From assembly GCF_009914755.1 (NCBI RefSeq), contig NC_060931.1: DNA of 64,000 nt. One strand, written 5' to 3'. This document shows positions 43,265 to 57,241 of the stretch, piece by piece (within the stretch, counting starts at the first letter, position 1; the number at the start of each line of letters is the position of its first letter). The DNA is from the human T2T-CHM13v2.0 reference genome, Homo sapiens. Below the pieces are notes generated by a model. The model was not told the DNA's origin, ran no database searches, and saw only the letters and a program-made list of their open reading frames with translations. The position numbers were made by a program, and so were the translations under genes.

Positions 43265-44240
43265 TGTAGTAAAGAATTAAGTGTACCCAAAGAGAGGTCT
43301 GGCCTTTACTCTCAGCTCCTAAAAGGTCATCTGTAAGCCCTTGAAATGTCTTGACTGATAAGAATGACTTTGTTTACCTGGGGGCCTTGGGCCACACTGG
43401 GTAGTCTAAGAGTGTGATTTATTGTGGGGGTTTGGTACTATGCAGTATCAGCTTGACCTCCAGAGGGGCTACAGCCTAAAAGCCAGTTATGCAGGCAGTC
43501 AACTGTATTGATGTGACTGAGCCCCAATAAAAACTCTGTGCATTAAGGCTCAGATGAGCTTTCCTGGTTGATAATACTCTAGGTGGACTGTCTCCCATTA
43601 TTGCTGGGAGAAGTTAACATGGTCCATGACCATGCTGGGAGAGGACAACTAGAAACCACACATGGACTTCTCCTGGGCTCTGCCTGATATGGGTTGAATC
43701 TGTGTCCTTACCAAATCTCATGTCGAAATGTAATTCCCAGTGTTGGAGGTGGGGCCTGGGGGAAAGTGATTGGATCACAGGGGTGGATCCCTCATGGCTT
43801 GGTGCTCTCCTCATGAGAGCAAGTGAGTTGTTGGAAGATTTGGTTGTTTAAAAGTGTGCAGCACCTCCCCACCACCTCTTGTTCCTGCTCCTGCCATGTG
43901 AGACACCTGCTCCCCCTTTGCCTTCCACCATGACTGGAAGCTTCCTGAGGCCTTCCCATAAGCAGATGCTGGCACTATGTTTTCTGTACAGCCTGCAGAA
44001 CCATGAGCCAATTAAACTTGTTTTCTTATTAATTACCCAGTCTCAAGTATTTCTTTACAGTAATGCAAGAATGGCCTAACACACCACTCCACGCATGTCT
44101 TCTACAGGCTGACTTTAATCGATATCCCTTTGCCATAATAAACCATAACCATAAGCGTGACTGCTTCTAGTGAGTTCTGTGAATCCTTCTAGCGGGTTAT
44201 TAACCCTAAAGATGGCCTTGCTGACTCCCTAAGTTTGCAC
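43265..44240. mobile_element. MER21-like LTR containing an MSTB-like LTR (43685-44083)
   Basis: tgtagtaaagaattaag...ccccaataaaaactctg...gtgagttctgtga MER21-like motifs; inner TGATATGG...CTAACACA MaLR LTR. Confidence 0.7.
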
Positions 44241-44714
44241 ACCTACAATGCTCTGAACACATCAAGGTCTTTTATTCTTCTAGATCTTTCCTCCTGTAGT
44301 TCCCTCTGCCTGATACTTCTTTCCCCGGACCCTTCTCTCCCTTACTCACCTGGCAAACTCCTGTTCTTTTATGTAGGTATTGTTAAGCACCTCTTTTGTG
44401 AGTCCTCACCAGATCCTTCTTTCAGACGAAATTAGTCATTCCCCATCCCACTCCCATTATGCTAGTTCTCTTAGGACACCTAGCACAAATAATCATGACC
44501 CTCACATCTTTGCATTCTCAGTACCCAGCAGAGGGCTTCACACAGAGTAGGCCTTTAGTGCATGTGTATGAACTGAATGAATTACATACGGACATGACTG
44601 TTTGAAATAAAGGGGAAAAAATCCAGACCAGAAAATATGCACATATGAAATGCAACTCAGTGACAAATATGTAAGGCTATTAATAAGCACCAGCAAGGCA
44701 TGCCAAGTACTGTC

Positions 44715-45110
44715 TGATGTGTTTCAGATCTTTCTCCTCTCCAAATCTCATGTTGAAATGTGATCCTCAATGTTGGAGGTGGCGCATAGTGGGAGGTATG
44801 CAGGTCATAGGGGCAGATCTCTCATGAATGGTTTGATGCCCTTCCCATCGTAATGAGTGAGTTCTCATTCTGTTTGTTCACAAGAGAGCTAGTTGGTTAA
44901 AAAGAGCCTGGCATTGCTTTTGCTCCTTCTCATGCCATGTGACATGCCTGCTCCCCCTTCACCTTTCACCATAATTGTAAATTTCCTGAGGCCTCACCAG
45001 AAGCCAAGCAAATGTGGATGCCATGCTTGTACAGCCTGCAGAATCGGAAGCCAAATAAACCTTTTTCTTTAATATTATTCAGTCTCAGCAATGCAAAACA
45101 GACTAATACA
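44715..45110 (+). mobile_element. MST (MaLR) solo LTR
   Basis: tgatgtg...ccaaatctcatgttgaaatgtgatcc...cagcctgcagaa...gactaataca. Confidence 0.85.
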
Positions 45111-46237
45111 TACCTATTTAACACCTAATATTATCTTTCTTAGCATAAAGAAACCATTTCTTTTTTAACATGAAAAACGAGGGTAGGACCACTACAATAA
45201 AAACTGTTTCCCAAGATGCACATGTATAACTGCAAGGTTAGAAATGCTAAAATATGATGTGTAAAATGTTTCTAAAATGGGCAAATTTTCATATTTTAAA
45301 TCATAAGCAGATCTATTTTAGCAATCCAATTACTTTTGGCATAAAATATATCATTACATTTTCCCGGTTTTTTTGGGGGGGCAACTAATTTTAGTTAACT
45401 TCTAGTGAGTTACTGTAAGAAAGTATTTTAAGAGTATGCTTATTCTTTCTGAAATATGTTCACTCAAAAAAAAAACCATGCAGAAATCCACAGAAACTAT
45501 GTCACTCTCATTATTCATAATGTTTATATTTTATTATATTAAGCTGTATTATACAACAATTAGGGCTTATCTTTTCGGACTTGTGCATTTTGAGAACTTT
45601 GGGTTTTAGTATAAATGAAGCCTACAGCTGATAACATTTCATGGCAAGACTAAAGTAATAACTATGTAAAGTGCTCATTTACATGGCTTTTCATTTCAGG
45701 AACAGAAAGGAAGAAATATAGGAGTTCTTACCATTGTATGATAGCATCTGGGGACAAATACTGAAATTGGACCTGTGCGATGGCCATCAATTTGGTGGCT
45801 GCTATCAAGGAAACAGGGGCCTTGTAAATGAGAGCAACATTGTGTAGGCTGGTTTTGTTTTGGCTCATTTGTTTATTGTTAATTACAAGCAATTGACCTA
45901 GTACTAGATTTTTGTTTTGTTTTTATACCAAGCAATTCTTTGATAATCAGTCTCACTGTTTTAGAAGAAAACTTCAGCAATGTCTTTGGCAGCAAGATAA
46001 TTTACTCCTAAAATAGTCCCTAGAGACAAATAATTTATTGTTCTCATACCTACATTAAAGTTCAAAAGGCCAGGCGCAGTGGCTCACGCCTGTAATCCCA
46101 GCACTTTGGGAGCCCGAGGTGGGCGGATCACGAGGTCAAGAGATGGAGACCATCCTAGCCAACATGGTGAAACCGTGTCTCCACTAAAAATACAAAAATC
46201 AGCTGGGCGTGGTGGCGCACACCTGTAGTCCCAGCTA

Positions 46238-46478
<241 letters not shown>

Positions 46479-47394
46479 TTATCCTCTTTTCAAAGAGAAT
46501 AATCAGTGAAATAAGAAGAGACAAATGTGTTTGAAGCTTGGCTAGTGATTTTGCCATAAAAATATATTCATTGGCTACATAGAAGACCACAAAATGTTTT
46601 TAAAACCAATGTTTATGGTCATTTGTCTTCTAAACTTAAGTAGTTTCCACTTCTGGTATGGCAGCATGAGAAACTCCAAGGACCCACTTTCTGGCATACA
46701 AGCATAGCTGATAAAAACTATTTTAAAACAACTATTTAAAGTCTCTGGAAATTCTCCAAAGCATACAGCAAATGAAGAAACATTTATTAAAGAAAATCCA
46801 CTAAAACTCAGAAGGAACCAATAAGAGTATGTGGAATTTGAGTCATGACCCTCTCCCAACTTTATTCACCCAGCTCAGCTTGACAGAAGCTCCACTCCAG
46901 GTGGATACAACCAGGAAGATGGGAGTTCCCTCTCTCCTCAGCTCCTAATCAAGGGGTACCATATCTTAACAGGAGGGTAGAATGCCAACATTTCTCAAGG
47001 CCTCCAACTCCAACTTCAAAAGGAAAAATTCCAGGAGAGTATAGCCAGGAGATTGGGAGCTCCCTTCCTCCACCTAACACTCACACATAAAATGGAGGGT
47101 CTACCCCAAGTGCAGCCGGCCAAGCTGGGATAACCCCAGTGACCTTTGCTTCAGCTTGCTCAAGTTAGCAAGGAGAGGGAAGCCAAGAAGATCAGAGGCT
47201 ACTGCCCCACCCAGAATAGTGCTTCAGAGATTTTTCCTATGGGGAGAGTTAGTTCATCAGAAAAGAGAGTTCCAATCTTTCCCCAAAGTAACTGACCATT
47301 TGAAAGAGAATGTGGGAAAGTTCAAGCCTAAGGGTGTTCTAGAAAACAACAGCTTTTCTTAATTAAGAGCACCAGCTAAAGCATGTACCTGCTA

Positions 47395-47751
<357 letters not shown>

Positions 47752-48055
47752 CTAAACCTAGTCTCAAAAACTAAAACTAAAGACTAGTCTCAAAAACTAC
47801 CCCTGCCTAAGTTTAATTGGATCAGACTGCAGAGCAATTTATGCCCCAGGGCATTGTTGAAAACAATAGAGGAATCAGCTGTTAATTCTTGGAGTCTACA
47901 GTTGGGTGTGATACCAAATGAGGCAGAGAGCTTAACAGAGAAACTAGGGGAAAAGATAGTCAAAGAATGTCCTGCCAAAATCACTGTCATCCGACTTCAC
48001 TGTGTGCACACCCAAGGCAATGCCCTCCTAGGAGTCATACCCGGCACAGTAGGAG

Positions 48056-48420
48056 TGTCAGGCCTCTGAGCCCAAGCCTGCGTGTATACATCCAGATGGC
48101 CTGAAGCAACTGAAGAATCACTAAAGAAGTGAAAATGGCTGGTTCCCGCCTTAACTGATGACATTACCTTGTGACATTCCTTCTCCTGGACAATAAGTCT
48201 CTGGAGCTCCCTTGTGACCCCTGCCCCTGCCCACAAGAAAACAACTCCCTTTTACTGTAATTTTCCACTACTTACCCAAACCCTATAAAACTGCCACACC
48301 CCTAACTCCTTTTGCTGACTCTCTTTTCAGACTCAGCCCACCTACACCTAGGTGAAATAAACAGCTTTACTGCTCACACAACGCCTGTTTGCTGGTATCT
48401 TCACACGGACACGTGTGACA
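48056..48420 (+). mobile_element. HERV-H 5' LTR (LTR7 family)
   Basis: TG...CA termini, TATA-like CTATAAAA, AATAAA at ~48356, followed directly by the PBS TTTGGTGCCAAAGACCCAGG. Confidence 0.95.
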
Positions 48421-51400
48421 TTTGGTGCCAAAGACCCAGGACAGGAGGACTCCTTTGGGAGATCAGTCCCCTGTCCTCACCCTCACTCCATGAGGAGATC
48501 CACCTATGACCTCAGGTCCTCAGAACAACCAGCCCAAGGAACATCTCACCAATTTCAAATTGGGTAAGCAGTCTTTTCACTCTCTTCTCCAGCCTCTCTC
48601 ACTACCCTTCAATCTCCCTTTCCTTCCAATTCCAGTTCTTTTTCCTCTCTAGTAGAAACAAAGGAGGCACATTTTATCTGTGGACCCAAAACTCCGTAGC
48701 TGGTCACAGACTCAGGAAGGCAGTCTTCCCTTGGTGTTTAATCACTGTGGGGACACCTGCCTGATTATTCACCCACACTCCATTGGTGTCTGATCACCGC
48801 GGGGACGCCTGCCCTGGTCATTCACCCACATTCCCTTGGTGGCAAGTCAATTGCGGGGACGCCCGCTTTGGCTGCTCACCCACATTGCAGCCCAGGGCTG
48901 CTCACCACCCCCCTTCTCCGTGTCTCTACCCTCTCTTTTCTCTGGGCTTGCCTCCTTCACTATGGGCAAACTTCCACCGTCTATTCCCCCTTCTTCTCCC
49001 TTAGCCTGTGTTCTCAAAAACAAAACCTCTTCAACTCTCGCCTGACCTAAAACCTAAGCATTTTTTTTTTCTGCAACACCACTTGGCCCCGATACAAACT
49101 TGATAATGGTTCTAAATAGCCAGAAAATGGCACTTTTGATTTCTCCATCTTACAAGACCTGGATGATTTTTGTCAAAAAATGGGCAAATGGTCTGGGGTG
49201 CCTGACGTCCAGGCATTCTTTTACACATTGGTCCCTCCCTAGTCTCTGCTCCCAATGCAACTCGTCCCAAATCTTTCTTCTTTCTCTCCTGTTCCTTCGG
49301 TCTCCACCTCAAGCTCTGAGTCCTTTGAATCCTCCTTTTTTACGGACCCATCTGACCTCTCCCCTCCTCCCCAGTCTGCTCCTCATGAGGCCAAGCCAGG
49401 TCCCAATTCTTCCTCAGCCTCCGCTCCCCTACTCTATAATCCTTCTATCACCTCCCCTCCTTATACCTGGTCCAGATTATAATTTCGTTCCGTGACTAGC
49501 CCTCTCCCACCTGCCCAAAAATTTCCTCTTAAAGAGGTGGCTGGAGCTGAAGGCATAGCCAAGGCTAATGCTCCTTTTTCTTTATCCGACCTCTCCCAAA
49601 TCAGTTGGCGTTTAGGTTCTTTTTCATCAAATATAAAAACTCAGCCCAGTTCATGGCCCATTTGGCAACAACCCTTAGACGCTTTACCACCCCAGACCCA
49701 GAGGGGCCAGAAGGCCATCTTATTCTCAATATACATTTTATTACCCAATCCACTCCCAGGATTGCAAAAAGGTCCAAAAATCAGATTCCGGCCCTCAAAC
49801 CCCACAACAGGACTTAATTAACCTCGCCTTCAAGGTGTACAATAATAGAGAAGAGTTGCAATTACTTGCCTCTGCTGTGAGAGAAACCCCAGACACATCT
49901 CCAGCACAAAAGAACTTCAAAACGCCTAAGCCATAGCGGTCAGGTATTCCTTCGGGACCTCATCCCCCAGGATCTTGCTTCAAGTGCTGGAAATCTGGCC
50001 ACTGGGCCAAGGAATGCCCGCAGCCCAGGATTCCTCCTAAGCCATGTCCCATCTGTGCAGGACCCCACTGGAAATCAGACTGTCCACCTTGCCTGGCAGC
50101 CACTCGCAGAATCCCTGGAACTCTGGCCCAAGGCTCTCTGACTGACTCCTTCCCAGATCTCGGCTTAGCGGCTTAAGACTGACACTGCCTGATTGCCTCG
50201 GAAGCCTCCTGGACCATCACAGATGCTTTGGGTAGATCTTACAGTGGAGGGCAAGTCCATCCCCTTCTTAATACGGAGGCTACCTACTCTGCATTACATT
50301 CTTTTCAAAGGCCTGTTTCCCTTGCCTCCATAATTGTTGTGGGTATGGACAGCCGGGCTTCTAAACCTCTTAAAACTCCCCAACTCTGGTGCCAACTTGG
50401 ACAACATTCTTTTATGGGCTTCTTTTTAGTTATCCCCACCTGCCCAGCTCCCTTATTAGGTCGAGACTTTTTAACTAAATTATCTGCTTCCCTGACTATT
50501 CCTAGGCTACAACCACACCTCATTGTTGCCCTTTTCCCAAATTCAAAGCCTCCTTCACATCCTCCCCTTGTATCTCCCACCTTAATCCACAAGTATGGGA
50601 CACTTTTACTCCTTCCCTGGTGACCAATCATGCACCCCTTACCATCCCATTAAAACCTAATCACCCTTACCCCGCTCAATGCCAATATCCCATCCCACAG
50701 CATGCTTTAAAAGGATTAAAGCCTGTTATCGCTCGCCTGTTACAGCATGGCCTTTTAAAGCCTATAAACTCTCCTTACAATTCCCCCATTTTACCATCCA
50801 AAAACCGGACAAGTCTTACAGGTTAGTTCAGGATCTGCGCCTTATCAACCAAATTGTCTTGCCTATCCACCCATGGTGCCTAACCCATATACTCTCCTAT
50901 CCTAAATACCTCCCTCCACAACCCAATATTCTGCTCTAGATAAACCTAGCTGACCCCATAAATCCTAAATCCTCTCCACACTCCCCTTTCCATTCCTTAA
51001 AAAACAGCCCTAAAAGCTGCTCCCACAATAGCTCTCCCTAACTCATCCCAACCTTTTTCATTACACGCAGGCAAAGTACAGGGCCGTGCAGTCAAAATTC
51101 TTACACAAGAGCCAGGACCACATCCTGTAGCCTTTCTGTCCAAACAACTTAACCTTACTGTTTTAGGCTGGCCCCCACATTATTCCTGATACCACACCTG
51201 ACCCACATGATTGTATCTCTCTGATCCACCTGATATTCACTCCATTTCCCCATATTTCCTTCTTTCCTGTTCCTCACCCTGATCGCACTTGGTTTATTGA
51301 TGGCAGTTCTACCAGGCCTAATTGCCACTCACCAGCAAAGGCAGGCTATGCTATAGTATCTTTCACATCTATCCTTGAGGCTACCACTCTGCCCCCTCCA

Positions 51401-53143
51401 CTACCTCTCAGCAAGCTGAACTCATTGCCTTAACTCGGGCCCTCACTCTTGCAAAAGGACTATGTGTTAATATTTATACTGACTGTAAATATGCCTTCCA
51501 TATCCTGCACCACCATGCTGTTATATAGGCTGAAAGAGGTTTCCTCACTACACAAGGGTCCTCCATCATTAATGCCTCTTTAATAAAAACTCTTCTCAAG
51601 GTCGCTTTACTTCCCAAGGAAGCTGGAGTCATTCACTGCTAGGGCCATCAAAAGGTGTCAGATCCCATCGCTCAGGGTAATGCTTATGCTGCTAAGGTAG
51701 CTAAAAAAGCAGCTAGCATTCCAACTTCTGTCCCTCACGGCAGTTTTTCTCCTTCTCATCGGTCACTCCCACTTACTCCCCCACTGAAACTTCCACCTGT
51801 CAATCTCTTCCCACACAAGGCAAATGGTTCTTGAACAAGGAAAATATCTCCTTCCAGCCTCACAGGCCCATTCTATTCTGTTGTCATTTCATAACCTCTT
51901 CCATGCAGGTTACACGCTGCTAGCCCGCCTCTTAGAATCTCTCATTTCCTTTCCATCGTGGAAATCTATTCTCAAGGAAATAACTTCTCAGTGTTCCATC
52001 TGCTATTCTACGACTCCTGAGGGATTGTTCAGGCCCCCTCTCTTCCCTACACATCAAGCTCGGGGATTTGCCCCTGTCCAGGACTGGCAAATTGACTTTA
52101 CTCACATGCCCCGAGTCAGGAAACTAAAATACCTCTTGGTCTGGGTAGACACTTTCACTGGATGGGTAGAGGCCTTTCCCACAGGGCCTGAAAAGGCCAC
52201 TGTGGTCATTTCTTCCCTTCCGTCAGACATAATTCCTGGGTTTGGCCTTCCCACCTCTATAATACAGTCTGATAACGGATTGGCCTTTATTAGTCAAATC
52301 GCCCAAGCAGTTTCTCAGGCTCTTGGTATTCAGTGGCTCCTGGTTTTACCTCAAACCGCCACCCTTAAGTCTCTCTTAAAGTGGATAAAAGATCTTCAGT
52401 GGCAAGGTACAATCCAATACTTTCACCCTGATAAAGTCTTATTCTTTACTTTCATAGTCACTCTTATTCTCGTTCCCATTCTTATGCCATCCTCTACCTC
52501 TCCCCAGCTATCTCCACCACACTATCAATCTCACTCCTAGCCATTTCTAATCCTTCTTTAACAAACAATTGCTGGCTTTGCATTTCTCTTTCCTCCAAAA
52601 TTGCTGAGGCCTCAACTTACTGCTTAAAAAAAGAGGACTCTGTATATTTTTAAAAGAAGAGTGTTGTTTTTACCTAAAATCAATCTAGCCTGGTATATGA
52701 CAATATAAAAAAACTCAAGAATAGACCCCAAAACTCGCCAACCAAGCAAATAATCACACTGAACCCCCTTAGGCACTCTGATTGGATGTCATGGGTCCTC
52801 CCAATCTTAGTCCTTTAATACCTGATTTTCTCCTTCTCTTATTTGGACCTTGGGTCTTCCATTTAGCTTCTCAATTCATACAAAACCATATCCAGGCCAT
52901 CACTAATCATGCTGTATGACAAATGCTATTTGTAACAACCCCACAATATCATCCCTTACCACAAAATCTTCCTTCAGCTTAATCTCTCCCATTCTAGGTT
53001 TCCATGCCACCCCTAATCCCACTAGAAGCAGCCCTGGGAAACATGGCCCATTATCTCTCCATACCACCCCCAAAAATTTTTGCCACCCCAACACTTCAAC
53101 ACTATTTTGTTTTATTTTTCTTATGAATATAAGAAGACAGGAA

Positions 53144-53519
53144 TGTCAGGCCTCTGAGCCCAAGCCTGCACGTATACATCCAGATGGCCTGAAGCAAATG
53201 AAGAATCACTAAAGAAGTGAAAATGGCCGATTCCTGCCTTAACTGATGACATTACCTTGTGACATTCCTTCTCCTGGACAATAAGTCTCTGGAGCTCCCC
53301 ACTGAGCACCCTGTGACCCCCCACCCCTGCCCGCAAGAGAACAACCCCCTTTGACTGTAATTTTCCACTACCCACCCAAATCCTATAAAACTGCCCCACC
53401 CCTAACTCCCTTTGCTGACTCTCTTTTCAGACTCAGCCCACCTGCACCCAGGTGATTAAAAAGCTTTATTGCTCAAAGAAAACTTGTTTGGTGGTCTCTT
53501 CACATGGACGCATGTGACA
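53144..53519 (+). mobile_element. HERV-H 3' LTR (LTR7 family)
   Basis: Direct repeat of 48056-48420, preceded by a polypurine tract and followed by the TSD; ATTAAA poly(A) signal. Confidence 0.95.
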
Positions 53520-53803
53520 AGGAGACAACAGATTTCATTAAAATAGTATAGCCAAGTCACAAAAACACACTCAAGCCAATAACAAAAACAAGTCCCAGAG
53601 AGGGAGAGAAAAATCCATATCCATAGTCCCAACAATGTATTACCTAAAATGTCCAATTTTCATAAAAAATTCTGAGACATGCAAAGAAACAGAAACGTGT
53701 GAGGCATACATGGGAACAAAAAAATTGCATGTGAGAGGGGCTAGATTTCAGATTTAATAGACAAAGCCTTCAAAGTAGCCATTATATACGTACAAAGAAC
53801 TCA

Positions 53804-54010
<207 letters not shown>

Positions 54011-55335
54011 TCAGAAGGCTGAGGCAGAAGAATCACTTGAACCCGGGAGGCAGAGGTTGTAGTGAGCCGAGATCACACCACTGCACTCCAGCCTGGAAAA
54101 CAGAGGAAGATTCTGTCTCAAAAAAAATTAGTAAAGGAAGTTATGATGACCATGTCCCATCAAGTAGAGAGTATCAATTAGGAGATATGAATTATTAAAA
54201 AAAAAAAACTAATAATGGAAATACTGGAATTGAAAAGTAGAATAACTGAAATGAAAATTTAATAGAGGGGCTCAACTAAACTAGATTTAAAGTGTCAGAA
54301 GAATCAACAAACTTAAGATAGATTGACAGAGATTAGACAATCAGAAGAACAGAAAGAAAAACAGAATGAAGAAAAATTAAAAGAGTCCCAGAGAAATATG
54401 GGAAACTTTTAAGTGCACCAACATTCACATAAGGAGAATATCAGAAGAAGGAAAAAGAAGAAAACAGAAAAAAAAACTATTTGAAGAAATGATAGCATAA
54501 AATGTTTAAATATGTTGAGAAAACATTAATCTACATATCTGAGCTCAATGAACTCCAAGGAAAATAGATGCAAAGAGATACAAATTCAGACACATGAGAG
54601 TAAAAATGCTGAAAACAAAGATAAAAAGGAAATATTGCCCAGGCACAGTGGTTCATGCCTGTAATCCCAGCACTTTGGGAGGCAAAGGACGAAGGATAGC
54701 TTGAACCCAGGAGTTTGACAGTAGCCTCGACAACATAGGGTGGTGTGATTTTTTTGTAGATCCTGCCTCCACAAAAAAATATTTTAAGCTAGGTAGGCAT
54801 GGTGGCATATACCTGTAGTCCCAGCTACTTGAGAGGCTGAGGTGGAAGGATCTCTTCAAGGCTGCAGTGAGCCATGATTGTGCCACTGCACTCCAGCCTG
54901 AGTGACAGAGTGAGACCTGTATTTAAAAAATAATAATAAAAATAAAAAGAACAAAAGAAAAGAAAATCTTGAAAGCAGGAAAGAAAAACATCTTATCACA
55001 TATAAGAGATCCCAAATAAGGTTAGTATTTGACTAACCTTAGGCAATAGAATAACATATGCAAAATGCTGAAAGGAAAAACAGTCAACATTGAATCTTAT
55101 ATCTAGCAAAAACATCTTTTAAAAATGAAGATGAAATAAAGACATTCTCAAATAAACAAAACTGAAAAAAAATCATTGCTCGCAGAGATATTTTACAAGA
55201 AAGACCAAAGGAAGTTCTTCAGGCTGAAAGCAAGTAAACTCAAATGAAAGTATAAATCCACACGAAAAAACAAAAAGTATGGGTAAAGGTAAAAATATAT
55301 ACCGGCATAAATGCATATTTCTTCTTTTTTCTTCT

Positions 55336-55750
55336 TGTTATGGTTGGAATGTGTGTCCCCTACAAATCTCGTGTTGAAATGTGATTCTCAATGTTGGAGG
55401 TGGGGCCTGGTGACAGCTGAGTAGATCATGAGGGTGGATCCCTCATGCATGACTTAGCACCATCCCCATGGTGATGAGTTCTTGCTCAGCTAGTTCATGT
55501 GAGATCTGGTTGCTTAAAAGCATATGCACCTCCCCACCCTCTCTCTTGCTCCCTCTCTTGCCATGTGATGCACTAGCTCCCTGTTTCCCTTCTGCCATGA
55601 TTATAAGCTTCCTAAGGCCTCTCCAGAAACAGATGCTGGCACCATGCTACCTGTACAGCCTGCAGAACTGTGAGCCAATTAAACCTCTTGTCTTTAAAAT
55701 TAACCAGCCTCAGGTATTTCTTTATAGCAATGCAAAAATGAGCTAACACA
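55336..55750 (+). mobile_element. MST (MaLR) solo LTR inside the L1M
   Basis: tgttatggttggaatgtgtgtcccc...cagcctgcagaactgtgagccaattaaacctc...ctaacaca. Confidence 0.85.
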
Positions 55751-56185
55751 TTTCTCTTGGCTGATTTACAAAGCAAGTATATAAAACTACATGTATGTAT
55801 GTATATATGTTTGCATGTACATATGTATGTATTCTTGGGCCTAAAACATATAGAAATGAATACTTTGCAAAAACAGAATAAAGGCAGTAGCTTGGGGCAA
55901 AATATTGGACTAGGAAAATAATACCAGATGGTAACTCAAACACACAAGAACAAATAAAAAGTATCAAGGTAAAGAAGAAGTTAAATATAGCAAACACTAT
56001 AAATATATACTTTCTCCTCTTTCTTTTTCCATCTTTAATAGACACAAAATTACATAAAGTAATAATTGTAACAATGTATTCTTGGGTTTGTAGAATATAA
56101 ATATTTGGTATGTATAACAACAATAGCACAAAAAAAGGGAAAGAGGAAGTGGAGTAACATTTCTACATCTCAGTGGAATTAAGTT

Positions 56186-56488
56186 ACTGTTGTCCCTTGG
56201 TATACATAGGGGATTAGTTCCACACGGCTCCCCACACCCATGTGTCCCATAGAACTCACATAGTGAGGATTATGGGTAAAAATAATAGCAACATAAATTC
56301 ATATTTTTAAAAATATGAATTTTTAAAATTCTGTCAGCCTTGCAGAACCTGCATATACAAAAAGTCAGCCCTTCATATACACAGGTTTCACATTCAATTG
56401 AGAAACCTTCAAGCCAAGTTTGGTTGAAAAAAATCCATGTACAAGTAGATCCATACAGTTCAAATCCACATTGCTCAAGGGTCAACTG
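56186..56488. mobile_element. MER2-like (TcMar-Tigger) DNA transposon relic
   Basis: ctgttgtcccttggtat...caagggtcaactg terminal inverted repeats, ta flank on the right. Confidence 0.7.
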
Positions 56489-56706
56489 TAACAAATCTGA
56501 AGCTGACTCTGATAGGTTAATATGTATAGGAAAGCTCTAGAGCAAACAGTAAGAAAAACTCAAAAGCCTACAGTGAAAAAAATCATTAAATGAGTTTGAA
56601 AATGTTTCTCTAGACAATATTCATTTAATGCAAAAGAAATTAGTAAAGGAAAAATAGAGGAACAAAAAACACATGAGACCCATGGAAAACAAAAAATCAA
56701 ACGGCA

Positions 56707-56822
56707 TAATCTAACTTTATGAATAATAAAGTTAATCTAACTTTATGAATAATAAAGTTAATCTAACTTTATGATTAATAATATTTATTACTAATAAACA
56801 TAATCTAACTTTATGAATAATA
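56707..56822. repeat. Short AT-rich tandem repeat, ~26-nt unit taatctaactttatgaataataaagt, about 4 imperfect copies
   Basis: Unit repeats at ~56708, 56733, 56759 and 56801. Confidence 0.85.
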
Positions 56823-56897
56823 TTAAGTGCAAATGATCAAAATATCCAATTGAAAGACAGCGATTGTCAGATTGGATAAAAAGCAAGATCCAACCAC

Positions 56898-57241
56898 AGA
56901 TGCTCTCAATTTACGATAGGGTTATGTCCTGATAAACTCATCATAAGCTGAAAATATTATAAGTCAAAAATGCATTTAATACATCCAGCCTACTATATCA
57001 TAGCTTAGCTTAGCCCACCTTGAACATGCTCAGACCACTTACGTTAGCATGGCTGGCAGGGAGCTGCAGCTTACTGCCACTGCCTGGCATCACAAGAGAG
57101 TACTGTGCTGTATATTGCTAGCCCAAGAAAAGATCAAACTTCAAAGTTCAAAGTATGATTTCTACTAAATTCATATCACTTTCACACCATTGTAAAGTTA
57201 AAAAGTCATAAGTTGAACCATTATAAGTCAGGGACCATCTG
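56898..57241. mobile_element. MER47-like (TcMar-Tigger) DNA transposon relic
   Basis: cagatgctctcaatttacgat...cataagtcagggaccatctg TIRs. Confidence 0.7.

Larger units (their letters stand above)
48056..53519 (+). mobile_element. HERV-H provirus (internally deleted type, 5.46 kb), gag-pro-pol remnants, env largely deleted
   Basis: Two LTR7-family LTRs (TGTCAGGCCTCTGAGCCCAAGC...TGTGACA); 5-bp TSD aggag at 48051-48055 and 53520-53524; gag zinc knuckles CFKCWKSGHWAKEC and CPICAGPHWKSDC (~49977-50083); protease, RT and RNaseH fragments; integrase ORF 51824..52540 (WQIDFTHMP, SDNG); PPT at 53131-53143. Confidence 0.96.

Noticed and set aside
56707-56822. Spaced AT-rich repeats as a CRISPR-like array
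   Set aside because: Eukaryotic context, head-to-tail units with no unique spacers; a simple slippage repeat within L1M.
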